64,000 nucleotides of DNA from the human T2T-CHM13v2.0 reference genome, Homo sapiens (GCF_009914755.1 NC_060932.1), one strand, 5' to 3'. Counted from the stretch's first letter, positions 15,150 to 31,156 are shown. A program made the numbers and translations. The notes: generated from the sequence alone by a model not told the origin.

Positions 15150-15780
15150 ACTTACTCATTCATCATATATTTATTAAGTCTCTACCACATTCCAAGCACA
15201 TCTGAGAAACACATGGTCCATGCCATTAAACATCTGTGGAAACAGACTTGATTACGTATGGGGGCCCAGGGAGCCCAGGGACCTGAGCTCAAGGGTGTGC
15301 ACCAAAGATGTAGGCAAGGTTCCACACAGGCAGCCTCAACCTTCAGAGAGGACTTGGAGGAGGGAATATGGACAAACTGGGAAGTGTGATAAGCAGGTCC
15401 AAAGGCCTGGGGCATAGGAGGGGACAAGCTGCAGGAGGTGACACTGAGCACACAGGAAGGGAGACTCTGCATATGATACTAAGAAACTCACATTCCTATC
15501 CATGACTCTGGCAATCTACTGGAGAAAGCAGAGTGGCCAGTTAGATCTCTATTTCACGGTGGGGTGGTGGGGGGGCAGTTGGTGGGAAAGGTAGAGGAGG
15601 CAGAGAGAGGCTGAGAGAGTAAGGAAGATGAGCAATGAAATGAGGAGGGCCTGAATTAGAGCTACGTACGGTAGTGGTGCTGGTGGCCAGAGGCTTAAGA
15701 CAGCTAGAAAAGGAGACTTTCAATGCATCATTCCACAAGTAATCATTACCTACTATGTGAATTATTCAGTGTAGAAATTT
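15150..15780 (-). mobile_element. L2 relic
   Basis: actcattcatcatatatttattaag start (reverse L2 3' end) and L2-like purine-rich body. Confidence 0.6.
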
Positions 15781-17937
15781 GAATGGTGAATGGAGGGACA
15801 CATTGTTCCTGAAGGCTGTCTTGAGCAGCATCTCTTTCAAAAGCTACAAGAGCTTCTCTAAATATAGTTATGACACTTTTCAAAACTGACAATTCTACAA
15901 CTCTGTTCCTTCAAACTCTGAGGCTTGTCCTTTTATAGGTTTCACTTCTCATTAAAATAAAACACATTCATAGAAGAAAAGGAGACAGAGATAGTACAAA
16001 GAAGAAACCAAACATTAGTTGTTGGAATCTCACTTTCACATGCAGCAATAATCACTGTTAATACCTTAATTTTACCAAGATGTGTGTGTGAGATGTCTGT
16101 TTTTTTTTTTTTTGACATATGTTGGTTCAACTTGTATATACTATTTTGTAAACTGTTTTTCCCAATTAACAATATACACAGATGTCTTCATTTTACACAC
16201 CCCTCTCCTACACACCCTCAGACAAAAGGCAAACCTATTCAAGTTTTTGATTTTTGAAAATGTTTCAATCAGGGAAGCTCTGGGTACATTTCATGAAGAG
16301 AAGTGATGAAGATATCCCTCTGACATAACAGAAAGTGGCTGTTTAGCTAGGAAAATCATCAAATAAGTAAGTAGAAATGCATGCAGAAACAGAATGAGTC
16401 AATCCCAATTAATGTTTCTGTGTTTCCTAAAAGAAAATAAACACCGCACATTTGTCTTTAGACAGCTTAGTGTGCACCATGGTTCCAGTGTTTTTGCTGG
16501 AAGTGTAAAGTTGTTAGCACAGGCATATTTCTCAGTTAGCAGAAAACAGCTGCTACTGGAATTAGTACCCAGAAATGAAATTATTTCCTCCCATCATCTT
16601 ACTGAATTGCTCTGCTTTACAAACAAGAAGTGAACATTAATTACTTGGAAAATAGGCCTGACCCAGCCAGGATGAGGCTGACGCGTGGAAAGAGGTAAAA
16701 ATAAAATGACAAAGCTCTCTTCACTTCCTATGCTAGTGTCTGAAAACAGAGCTGCTCAGACCATTATGGTCATTTCAAAGTTTTCATTCAATAAATAGTT
16801 TTTTAGACACCTACTGTGCCCTACAGGGACATATATTTTTGGCATACAATCAATAACTACAACCGTGGTAAGAAATTAAGGTACATGCTGAACACTTACC
16901 ACTGCAGAGAGATCTTATCGCCAGAATTTTAGCAATCAAGACTATTGGCTTTTGGCCTTCCAAACAGATAAAAGGTAACAATTTTTTGAAAAACTGAGTA
17001 CCTAAACTGCCAGATACATTATATGAATTCTATTATTTAATTTTTGCAATGACTCTATGAGTTAGGTACTGTTCCCAAACCCATTTCATAAATGAGGTAA
17101 CCAAGGATCAGGAAGGTGAAGTAAACTAACCTATGTTTTACAAAAAATAAAAGGCAAAGCTGAATTCTGAACAAATCTCTTCTCACTTATCACACTGTTT
17201 CCCTGTCAAGCCAAGCCCTAGGAAAACTTACAAAGTCAGTCAAAATATAGCTTTACTGTTTTGCCTTTTCTGGTTCTTACTGCCCTTAAATGGCCAGTTC
17301 CCTCATCTTCCCTCCAGATGCACGTTCCAAATTCCAAACTTATTACTCTGTGGCCACAACTAAAGCTCTCACATCCCCTGTGTGATCCTTCAGACAGGGA
17401 AAAAGATAAGTAGTGATTATCTAACTGAAGTAATTCATTCTAGAGTAGATGGCTGAATTCCCTTAACCCTCCCAACCATTTTACTAATTTTTTTGTCAAA
17501 CATTTATCACTGTATCTCCCAATCATTTTAATAAAGGGACTCATTTCCAGTTGGCAGAATGTATGTATATGTGAGAAAGAAATATTTGAAAATGGAGATC
17601 TCCAAGAAAATGTTTTTTATTGCAGCAAGGAATCGGTTACCTTACTTTTGAGAGGATGTTCCACTCAAATCAACATTAAACAATCAATGCTACAATGCAA
17701 ATAGAAAAAAAGAGCTTACTGGGGCTCCTGCTAAGACGTGGCGCTGAGGTTACTGCACCAAATGAATGTGCTAGATAGTCATCCACGCAGGCATTTCTGC
17801 AAATATGTATTAAGTACCTACTATTTGATAGTATATAGAGTTTGGGCCAATACAGGAAGAATTTTTAAATTCACATTTCCTATTAATTTCAGTAGCCACT
17901 TTACGTCATGCTATCCAACAAGGGTACATAAAACTAA

Positions 17938-18243
<306 letters not shown>

Positions 18244-18531
18244 AATGGCTGAGACAAAATGTGCTTGAGGCTTTTATTAGCCTCACACAGAAAGGGCAGT
18301 CTTTAAAGCGAGGGCATCATTATGTTGATGAGAACACAGCATTTACTCATGCTGGGCTCCATGCCATATGTTTTACATATACTTGCTCACTTAATTCTGA
18401 TAACCACCCTACAACTAAGTACCACTATTATTACTATTTGAGAGATGTGGAAAATAAGGCACCAAAAGGTTAAGTTAACTCAGCCTTAAGGTCACAGCTG
18501 TTAACAACAGAACATTAGGTCAAAGTAAAAC

Positions 18532-18828
18532 TTTTTTTTTTTTTTTTGAGATGGGGTCTCACTCTGTCGCCCAGGGTGGGGTACGGTGGTGTGATCTCGG
18601 CTCATTGCAACCTCTGCCACATGGGCTTCAGTGATCCTCCTGCCTGAGCCTCCCAAGGAGCTGGTACAACAGGCATGTGCCACCATACCTGGCTAAGTTT
18701 TGTGTTTTTTTTTTTTTTTTTTAGAGATGGGGTTTTGCCACGTAGCCCAGGCTGGTCTCCAAGTCCTGGACTTAAGCCTCAAACTCCCAAAGTGCTGGGT
18801 TTACAGGTGAGAGCCAATGCACCTGGCC
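18532..18828 (-). mobile_element. AluJ
   Basis: Reverse Alu. Confidence 0.88.
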
Positions 18829-19631
18829 TGAAACATTTTAAAGAACTCTATTATTTCTTATATTAGGAATGTGGGCAGGAGGTAACATCACAGCTGATGT
18901 CAAACTGCAGGTTCCTTGGTTTTATACCTTCAAATTTGTAAATCAAGACTTTAAAAAAGCCTTTTTACCCCTTAGTAAAAGTAAAAAAAACCTTTTTACC
19001 CCTTAGCATATACCTTCGTATATGCTAAGACCTCTGTATATGCTAAGGACCAACAGCACATACTCTAACCAAATGGTCACACTTTCTAAATTTGTGAGCT
19101 CTAAATTTGTGAGCCTGGGTTTAACTGGCTCCAAAGTTCGCCCTCTTACAACTGACAGTGCTGCTTTCTAATCTGTTGGAGCGAAGAAAAATATTCTCAT
19201 TCTCTCTTTTCAGTGACAATGAGAGTAAAGACGTGGAATCAGAGGACAGCCAAGGAGAGCTCCGAAGGCCAGTAACAGAAACAAGGTTACTGAATACATT
19301 AATAGCAAAGAAGAGAGCAATCCATTTTGCAGGTCTCTTCCTGTTTCCTGTATGTGCTTTCAGTGCTTCTTTTAAAGCCCTGGAAGCTGAATGTTATCTT
19401 CAGCGCTCTGGATGGGGCAAGAAAACAACAGACCTTAGACCCAAAGATCCAAAGGAAAGGGAGAAGAGACACATCCAATTCTTGCTTTAGTGAAATGCCA
19501 TGGAAGGTGACAGAGCTGCTGTTAATCCCTAAAGGCAGAAATTAAATTTCTATGAAAGAAGAGGTACCCCAAATGGGCTCTGTAAAGTACACTGAGTAGT
19601 AATGAAAATAGCAATACAAAAGAATTCCAAC

Positions 19632-19911
19632 GGCCAGGTGTGGCAGCTCATGTCTGTAATCCCAGAACTTTGGGAAGCCGAGGTGGGTGGATCACTTGAA
19701 GTCATGAATTTGAGACCAGCCCGGCCAACATGGTGAAACCCCGTCTCTACTAAAAATACTAAAAATTAGCTGGCTGTGGTGGCGCATGCCTGTAGTCCCA
19801 GCTACTCAGGAGGCTGTGACATGAGAATTGCTTGAGCCCAGGGAGCCAAGATGGTGCCACTGCACTCCAAAGGGAAATGCAGTCTCAAAAAAAAAAAAAA
19901 AAAAAAAAAAA
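19632..19911 (+). mobile_element. AluS with right-arm deletions
   Basis: TSD aaaagaattccaa. Confidence 0.9.
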
Positions 19912-21522
19912 AGAATTCCAATAAACCACAGTTTAAAATGGGGATAGTTGTACATTAGAGAAGTAGTAATACTAATAGCTGACATTTATTGAGCACTAAT
20001 TCTGCCCTACATTCTGTTCTAATTATTTATAATCAATAAACTCATTTAATCTTTACAATCACTTATGAATTAGGCCTCATTAATAGCCCCATTTTATTTA
20101 GATGGAAAATCCTCACTAGAGATTCAGTGTCAGGGTTGAAATTCAAGTCTAGGCAGTCTGGCTCCAGGGTTCCAGATGCTGTGATCCTACTTCAGCTCAC
20201 TGAGATGACAACAGCTATTAAGTTTAAGGAACACTTATTGCGGTCCAGGCTCTGCAAAGCTTTAAATGCATCATCTTATTTAATTCTCGTAACATGGAAG
20301 ACAGGTACTGTTATTCTGTTTCACAGATTAGTACAAGTTAAGTAGCTTAATAAAAGGCACATACACTAAGATCCTGAATGGGCATTTACTGCAGATGGAC
20401 TCAAAAGGATGTGGTCTGACTCTCCCCCTGTTCAAAATGATCAGCCCATCAAGCAGGTGGACACACACACATTATCTACCTAAGAGGTGGAACCTCTAAA
20501 GAGGCCAGCTGGATTTCCAACCCTTTTGAGTAAAACACCAGACCTTAATGAACTTCTGTGTGCTATTAAAAATACTGTTGGTGTTGGTTGATTGAGAAAA
20601 AAGTGACAATAAATTTAATAATCGTTGTAAGTGTTAATCATAAGGGCATCTGAAGACATCTGAAAGATGTAATGCATTATTTAGGCAGTTTCAGATTCAA
20701 ATATAAATTCTTAGAACACTTGCATTATCTTCATGACAAGTACTCCTCCTTCTCCTCCCTTCCCGGAATCCCTTACAGCCCTCTCTACCCTAAGACCCCT
20801 GACTAATTCAAGGAGTATCAAGGTAAGGCCAAGGTAAGCAGTTCCACTGCAAAGAACTGTTATTCATGAAACTTTCAAAGACCTAACAACAATCTGGCAG
20901 CTGAGGAAAAAAAACCCTATGATACAGTAGAAAGAGTACAGGCTTTAAGGCTGGAAAACTGGTCCAGCTATTTACAAACTTCATGACCCTGAGCATGGGA
21001 TTTAACCTCTCTGAGCTTCATCTATAAAATGCAGTCTCATTAGAAAAGTATTCACTGAGCACTAAGTACACGTCAGGCAATGTGTTAGGTACTGAAAATT
21101 CAAAGATGAGTAAGATGCGGTCCCTACCTCCTAGGAATTTCCAGCATGGTGAGAAATGAAGATAGTGATGCCTATCCTGTAGGGCCATCTTGAAGATGAA
21201 GTGCAGGGTGCATTCTAAGTGCTGCATAAATGGCAGTTCTCTTTCTTTTTACAACCCATTATTTAAACAGAATGTGACACTGGTTAATTCACAGAACAGG
21301 GTTTTTGAAGAACATAGCTGCTTATACTTTTGAAATTGATTTCTCAAGATTACTACAATAAATATGTCAACTATAATTCTTATACTTTCTGTTGTAATTT
21401 GTTTTATGATATTTATTTATACTACAATACTTTTAGTTAGAAAAAACAAACAATTCAAAACTATAGAAATGATAATAGTTTAGTCGCTTCATATAAGCTT
21501 TATACTTGAGTTTTGAGGCTAA

Positions 21523-21838
<316 letters not shown>

Positions 21839-23280
21839 TGAGGCTAACTGAAATGTTTGCCAAAGATTTGTTGGAACTGGTATTTTGAAATGAAAGCATC
21901 TTATACTGTGTTTAGAACATACTAGATGGTCCATAGTTGGAAGCTGCTATCACAATATTACTACTGTTATAGCAAATTCAGAGATTCACACTGAATTTGG
22001 TTCCCACAGTTCTGCATTACTTTGAATAGTTGGTAAAAGAATTTTTTTTGTTTTAACAGATACATGAAAAGCAAAGAATTTATGAATGAAATCTTCTAAG
22101 GATGGGCTGCCAATTTTTCAGGTGTACACAGAAATGTATTTCTCTTTAGAACAGTAAGCTGGGGAGATGAATCACCTCTGGTGCAGACCTTGCTTGGGTG
22201 GCCAAGCCAACAAACCCTGCATCATTAATCTAAATGCATACTTGGCCTTCTCCTGAATCACTTTGATAAGAACAATTTGCAAAGGTGACACTGATGAGGG
22301 CCTTCAAACCAAAGAATTTCCATGTGTCCCAAACACCTCAAGTTTTCTGACAACAAAAGCTCTTCTCCCCACTTTTTCAAAGAAGCCCTTTATGTTTTTC
22401 TCAGAAAACTGCTGGCCTTGATTTTCAATCTAATTCTAATCAATGGTGTTTGCAAAGTCAGGAAAAGCCCGCTAAAACTGGCTAGAGACCTTTCTGTGGG
22501 AGCAGCAATGTGATTATGAGTGATGTAACTGGCAGCAAAAAAGGTCTGGGCCAAAGCCAGTGAAAAGTGGGGAACAGAATAGCACAAATTAGCAGGAGGG
22601 AATCAGAAGTTAGGAGAGTAAGCCATTTCCCTCCAGGCTGCTCTGGGGGCAGGAGAGTGCTGATGTTTGTAGCAGGAGGGTTTGCTTGTCAACAGATTTC
22701 AGTATTGTCAGCAACATCCAATAAACTAACGGTAATAGCAGCAATAAGTATTAACAGAATGGCCACACATGGCATGTTATCTCACTGAATCCTCATATAA
22801 TCTTTATGTGTTAAATACTTTTCTCAAGGTCACAAAGTAAATGGCAAAGTTGGCATTCAGACTCACATCAGACAGATGCCACAGTCCATTATCTTAGCCA
22901 CTAAACAATGTGGATGATGTGATGAGACTTGTTAATTCAAGCCTTAAGAATGCATATAAACAGTTGTTTTGGCCACAACAATGTGTTTTGGCAGGAATAA
23001 AATCAGGAGGGGGAAGGGAACTTATTTTATTTTTAGCAAATTGCCCAAGGTCATATAACCACTAAGCAGTGCCACTGATTCACTTCATCAACTATATGAT
23101 CTCCCATCACTCTGCACTGCCTTCCACAGCAGATTCCTAAGAAAAGCAAATAGATACAACATGATAAAACCATCATATAACTTCTCAAAATGCCTAGTGA
23201 GGACTGTTACAGCCTCACAAATCCCAGGGGAGAGCTCTGCAGCAGAAGGCAAAGAGAGTTAGGGTATGCATGGTAACGCT

Positions 23281-23625
<345 letters not shown>

Positions 23626-23774
23626 TCAGAAATGTTCACTCTGGCATACACAGATGACTGTGTATGGAATTAAATATAAGAAAATAAAAATTATCTAATT
23701 TTTCATTCATGCATCTTTGATGCCTACACCAGAACATGGCAGAATGGAAGCTTAACAAAAGATTGCTGAAGAAG

Positions 23775-24104
<330 letters not shown>

Positions 24105-24453
24105 TTAGACAGCCTCAATCATAATTACAAACAGATCCAAGTCTGTAGACAGGATTTCTGATATCAGATGGGTAGCTGGACACAACTGGCATGACAGCTA
24201 AAAATCTCAGCTGGGCTGTTTGAGGGAAATTGCAGACCTCTGAGGAATTCCTCCGAAGAATCACTGAAAAGTGTGCTGCGAGGGGCAAGGGACAGAGACA
24301 ATGCAACTGCTCAAGTTCCATAAAGGACAACAATCTTTAAGATGTGTGCAGTCATTTACCACAAAGGACTGGGCCACAAGTGTATACTAAGAGCCTTCTG
24401 TATGTCAAGTTCTGTGTGAGAGGCTGAAGACAGAAAGAACAGGACTAGTAAGT

Positions 24454-24468
24454 GCCCAAGGGGGCGCT
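24454..24468 (+). promoter_or_regulatory. CTCF-like core motif
   Basis: GCCCAAGGGGGCGCT; CpG retained. Confidence 0.4.
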
Positions 24469-25404
24469 TACAGTCTAGTAAGATGATGTGTTCTGCAGGA
24501 AGAGAGAGAAAGGCCACAAGGACTAATGTCAGACAGACACCCGAGTTTGAACTTCCAATTCTGTGAGTAACTAGCCAAGTTACAGCTGTTCTTTGTGCTT
24601 CAGTTTCTTCATCTGTAAAATGAAGGTTATTATACCACATGGGTTGTTGGGAGGATTAACTGAAATAAAGTTTATGAAGGTAAGTGGTACTTCCTTTCCT
24701 CCCTGATAGATATCTAAAGTCAGCTGTAAGTCATACAAAATTGCCAACATAATAAATGCTCATCTCTCTTTTCTACTATTCTGCTGGCAATTCATTGAGC
24801 AGTGCCCCAAGGACATCACTTGGCACAGGATACTGTAATTTAATGAGTTTTTAAAATCCAAACTGAGATTACTGGGTTAAACAGCAAGCACATTAAAAAA
24901 GTCTTGGCATATACTTTGCCATTTCCATTCCTGCTTGGTACATTTTCCACTACAATCTCTGCATCTTTAAGAACTGAAAAGAGTTTTCTGTTGGTTTAAA
25001 AAGGGCAAAACTTACTGTGCACTTCTTTGACTACCACCAAGGTTTTTACATCTACTGTTACATTTCCTACATTATTTTTACATGCAAAGAACAGCCTGTC
25101 ATCTCTATAATTCAAAGACCTAGGTTTTTCAGAACAATCAATATTTCCCAAAAGATAATATTATGAAATCAAAATACCGTATTCATTTTGAGAGAGCAAA
25201 AAAACAAGTTTCTAGTGATGCCAAAGAATGGTGCAGACTACCACAGGACAAGATAAAACTTTTTTTTTTTTTTTTTGGTAAAGGAATATCTAAAATGATC
25301 TGACCCAAATGCATAAATATATTTGCGCCAATTTTTACTGCTGAGTACATAATCGTGTTTGCTTTCTGGCCCATGAGGCAGGGTAAATTAAGAAACATAC
25401 TTAC

Positions 25405-25474
25405 TGTGGCATGTGAGATGGTCAGAATCCCATTCTTGACTGAACACTTCCTCCTCTGCCATACTTTCCGGATC
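25405..25474 (-). CDS. ASAP1: ASAP1 exon, 70 nt, IRKVWQRRKCSVKNGILTISHAT (PH)
   Basis: ctccttag|GATCCG...GCCACA|gtaagt; phase 2/0; visible inside ORF 25183..25665. Confidence 0.97.
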
Positions 25475-25655
25475 CTAAGGAGGAAGTCAAACACAACTAG
25501 ATATAGTATCTGATTCACTCTGGGACATGCGACGATACAGTATGATACATAATAATAATTACAAAATAACTTCCCCAAACCAAAAAATCCAACCCCCCCA
25601 AAAAAATCCTGGTTGCCTTTTATTATCCCAGGTGGAAGGTAATTCACACAAGTAG

Positions 25656-25986
<331 letters not shown>

Positions 25987-25998
25987 AGCACTGCTTTT

Positions 25999-26001
<3 letters not shown>

Positions 26002-26033
<32 letters not shown>

Positions 26034-26312
26034 AGACAGGGTCTTGCTCTGACATCCAGGCTAGAGTACAGTGGCATAATCATGGCTCACTGCAGCCTTG
26101 ACTTCTCAGACTCATATGATCCTCCCACCTCAACCTCCAGAGTAGCTGGGACCACAGGCACACCCCACCATGCCTGGCTAATTTTTACATTTTTTGTAGA
26201 CAAGGTTTTGCCATGTTGCCCAGAATGGTCTCAAACTCCTGGGCTCATGCAATCTGCCCGCCTCGCCCTCCCAGAATGCTGAAATTACAGGTGTGAGCCA
26301 CTGTGACTGGCC
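26002..26312 (-). mobile_element. AluJ with (TA)n tail microsatellite (about 26002-26028)
   Basis: Reverse Alu; TSD gcactgcttt. Confidence 0.9.
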
Positions 26313-26556
26313 GTGGCACTGCTTTGGACAGTAAAAATGGGAAATAGAAACAATAATAATCTAACAGCAGGAGACTCAATAAATGAATGACAGGTACTAC
26401 AATGATATAATAATAACTCCTCTCTAGGAAGGGGACCCAAACCTGTTGGGGGTGGTGTTAATTAAGTAGTTTTCAATCATATCTGTGAATCTTTCATAAG
26501 AATGTTCAATTGATTACTTTTGTTATTAATAATTGATTTTTAAAAATTAAGAAAGT

Positions 26557-26692
26557 GGTTGGGCATGGTGGCTCATGCCCGTAATCCCAGCACTCTGGGA
26601 GGCTGAGGTGGGAGGACTGCTTCAGCCCAGGAGTTCAAGACCAGCCTGGACAACATAGGGAAATCCCATATCTACAAAAAATAAAAATTAAA
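26557..26692 (+). mobile_element. FLAM (left Alu monomer)
   Basis: Monomer plus A tail; TSD ttaagaaagt. Confidence 0.85.
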
Positions 26693-28029
26693 GTTAAGAA
26701 AGTAACTCAAGAAGTCTGCCATGCAAGGAGCGAGGGGTGAACTGCCTCGGGAGGTACAGGACAAGCTTAGCCAGGGCTCAAGAATGCATCATCATTTTTG
26801 GTAACTCATACACCACCTCTTTAGGGGTCTTCCAGAGACAGAATGGTGCCTCAGAGCCCCGAGAAAAAACTGTTCATGATTCACAAAGGGAAGTAAATGG
26901 TGACCAAATCATTCACAAATAGTTAGTAACAAGTGATAGACATTTTGAAAAATGTGATTTGATGATATTGAAGGATAAAAAAAGCCAAAGAGAACGAATT
27001 AAAACTTGGAAGAGTTTTGTGTGTGTGAAGCTCCAGGCACAGACGAGACTGCATGTGTGGTAGATCTGCGTGTGTGCAGGTAGATGCAAATGCACTAGTT
27101 GAGACTAACTACTTCCATCAGATAAGAAGAAATGGGCAGGGAACAGTGATTCCCTAGGCTGGAAGTAAGTTTTGAAGGCCTTCTGTTGCTGTGGAAACAA
27201 ATGACATCAGGAGACCACTGTAGCTTTCCCAGGCATTTAAAACAGTATCATCTTATGTTTTTCTTTTCCTTCTTAAATTAGTCCTCTAAGAAAGCTGCCA
27301 CAACACAAATTTAAAACCATCTCTAAACACAAATAATATTGTGCATTTAACTACTAGAAGCACAGTTTGTTCTAAAGCATGCTTCACAGAAGGAAGTAAG
27401 AATCTGACACCATCTAACCAAATGCAAATTGAACATACTGTATTCAAAATGCTAGCCTTGCTGAGGAGGTAATTTAACTACTAATTGATAAACCATCCTC
27501 AAATAAGAGCTAAATCACATATTTTCTTCTAGAAGTACTGGCCAGGGAAATGTCTGATTAGAGGTGGCATCTCTCAACTAATCAGAGCCACATTTGGTTA
27601 ACGTGACTAACTCTCTGCAAGTAGTTTTGCATCCATCTTACTCTCACAAGAGCCTGCTAACATAGGTGAGGCATCCCTGTATACACTAAGCCAAAACCAG
27701 TGTCATCCTAAATATCAAACACTCAATCCACCAATCAAACTATTCAACCTTCAGGAATAGTTTAAAGCCTCAGTTTATCCATTTTATTAAGTCTTTACTC
27801 ATTAGTTTTACTTACACATGTATATTATGGAAACAATACACACACACGCGCGCACACACCCCTTCTCTTCTGCTGCTAATAAAGCCAAGGAAAGTAACAC
27901 AGAAGCATTATTCTGGGTTGACAGAGATTGTGACTGAGGCACTTTCAGATCGCCAGAGGAAAGGGAACAATCTTGAGATATCTCCTGGCACAGTTGAGAG
28001 CAGTATTGCCTGATCTTTTGTGTGCGAGA

Positions 28030-28291
28030 GAGACAGGGTGTCACTTTGTAACCCAGGCTAGAGTGCAGTGGTGCGATCATGGCTCACTGCAGTCTTGACC
28101 TCCCAGGCTCAAGCGATACTCCCACCTCGGCCTCCTGAGTAGCTGGGCCTACAAGCATGTGCCACTACGCCTGGCTAATTTTTGTAGAGATAGGGTTTTG
28201 CCATGTCGCCCAGGCTGGTGGGCTCACGTGATCTGCCGGCCTCGGCCTCCTAAAGTGTTGGGATTACAGGCATGAGCCACTGCGCCCAGCC
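28030..28291 (-). mobile_element. AluJ
   Basis: TSD cctgatcttt. Confidence 0.88.
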
Positions 28292-29989
28292 AGCACCTGA
28301 TCTTTGTGAACATTTTGATAGCTTCTATTCCCAAGACTTCTATGGACTAGACTGAATTGCTGTGATCTCCCCCACTCTCTGTACTGAAAGCTTTACAAAT
28401 GTTCCAGTCTGCATAGCTCCTGAATGGACATACCAAAGACTCTTGGCATCTGGTGCTCACAGAGAGTGCCACACACGATTACTGATTATGCCATGCTAGA
28501 ATCTTACAATTCCAGAAAAGAAAATTCTATTAGAAAATGGTCTCGTATAAATAGATAATTCCAACTTTGATGCCAGATCACTTGAGCTTTGATCCCAGCG
28601 CGATCTCTAGCTATGTGACTTTGCTCATGTTATTTGACCTCTTGGAGACTCATTCTCCTTTTCTGTATTACAAAGACAGTAATGCCCACTTTCGTACATA
28701 TAATGAGAAAATATAATAAAGCAATTGCTCCTTTGTCTCTCAATAATTGCCTCTGGTCCATAAAGTTTTAAAAAATTATTTTTATAATCCTTTAAGTAAT
28801 AAAGAGCATTCCAAAGCTAGGGTCAAAAATTACCAACGCAAATAATACTTCAGAGAAAAATCACAGGACATATCAGTGGTCATTGTTTGCAAATGAGTCT
28901 GTTTTCATGTATAAGCATTTCAATTTTTTACTCTTCCACAGAAGTCACAAGCAACTCCAGGTTATTAGTGCTCATCTTTGCTATCTGTGCCATTATTAGG
29001 AGGTGGAACCACCTGACTTCCAACCTCCTTTCCAACTCTATGATCCAACAGCTCTGTCTGTATCTCTTTCCAACAGACTGCAGTCAAAGTGAGGGTGAGG
29101 ACCGTATCTCATTTATGTTTTACCTCCAGCATCTAGCAGGCTGCCTCATACACTAGAGTATTTCATCTATGTGTGTGGAATGAGTACATGAAGGAAAAGA
29201 ACAAAAGAACGAAGAAGTCAAGGGGGTGAATTTGTGCCAGTTTATGCCTTGCATATCCTTAGAGTGATAACAGCAGCAGTGGCCCTTTTGAAAAACAAAG
29301 GGGAGATACCCTGGCATTAAGTCAGAAGACCCAGGTTCAAATTTGAGTGTTCATACTTACTGTCCGTATGATCTTAGTCAAATTATTTAATCCCTCTGTA
29401 AAAGATGTCAAATGAGATGAGTGAGCAGGCACCTGGGTGTGTGGCAGGCATACACAGGTGCTCTCAAGATAATTTACTTGAACACTTTAGGGTTTGAACT
29501 ATGCAACACTTAAGAAAAGACTGTTGATCTTCCTTGGATATACAGATTTTAACCGTTTCACTTAGAATTAGGCAATTCTAATTTCAAGAAGATCATTGTG
29601 ATTTCGGGAGAGTAGTGTTAAAAAATGACTTTTATACTTTTGCTTCAATAGATATGTAATAGTACATTGTTGCTCATAATGGAACACAATATTAACTTTT
29701 CGTTTGATGACAGAACAGGTCACATTTCCAAGAGATGTTTGTACCACAGATGGTCAGGGAAGAACAAGGAGCTGAGCCTGAGGCTTTTCAGCAAGATAAG
29801 CTATGGAATTTACAATTTATGTACACTTTATCTCATGCAGTTTGGACTAGCATTTGGTCACCATTCTAGAGCCCAGTTTAAATCTGTGAATTGTTAGTTG
29901 GGATTTCTTTTCTCCTTTTACTTTCACAGCAGGATTAAGCTAACTGATTCTACAATGAGCCAGATGCTGGACGAGGGGTGATTTTCTTT

Positions 29990-30700
29990 CTCTACACCCC
30001 ATATCAGCAAGTCCTGCTGCCCCTGCCTCCATTATCCACAACTGACCACTTTTTACCCTCTCTTCTGCAGTTCCCCTGGCCTCATCATCAGCTCCCATCT
30101 AGGTTTCTGATGCAGCCCTCCCTCTAACTGGTCTCCTTGTCTCTGTGCTTTCACCCTCCATGACTCTGCTTTGCTTGGTAGTCAGAGAGAAGCTTCCAAA
30201 ACATGTTGGATTATGTCACTCTTGTGCTCAAAACCCTCTAATGATTCCCCACCTCACGGAGTGGTTCCCTGTCCCTCTGACCTTATCTCCTATGACCTCC
30301 TGGCTTGCTCACTACTCTAGCTACATTGAACTCTCAAGTATTTGTCACCATGAGATGCATGCTCCTGACTACTTCCTCTTCTCCCAGGTATCTGCATAGA
30401 TTTCTCTCACTTCCTTTGCTCAAACATCAACTTGATAAAGTCTTCCCTAATCACCTGTATAATAGCAAGAACCACTCCCATCCCCCACACCACCTGCATC
30501 TCTTGCTTGATCTTTCTCCGTAGCACTAATTACCATCTGATCTACCATATATTGAGTATTTTTTGTCTCTTTCCTTCCTTAGAATGTCAGCTCTATCAGG
30601 GCCAGATTTTCTTTTGTTCAATGCTGTATTCTCAGGACCTAGAAGAGTGAGTCCTAGACATACAGCAGGACTCAAAATATCTTTGTTGAATGCATGAGTA
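29990..30700 (+). mobile_element. L2 (L2a-like) 3' part
   Basis: ctctaactggtctcc...tgtcactcttgtgctcaaaaccctc...tagaatgtcagctc...tttgttgaatgcatga. Confidence 0.8.
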
Positions 30701-30853
30701 GAATAATAAGCAAAACAGTCAATGACCCCAGAAATTTAGAAGAGAAATATTTATAATTTTAACAAACAAATTACAGTAAAAAATGTACATGTCTCAGGCT
30801 AAGCCAAGGAGTACGTATCCACAAGTAATCAGAAAACAAGGAGCTTTCTTTTA

Positions 30854-31156
<303 letters not shown>

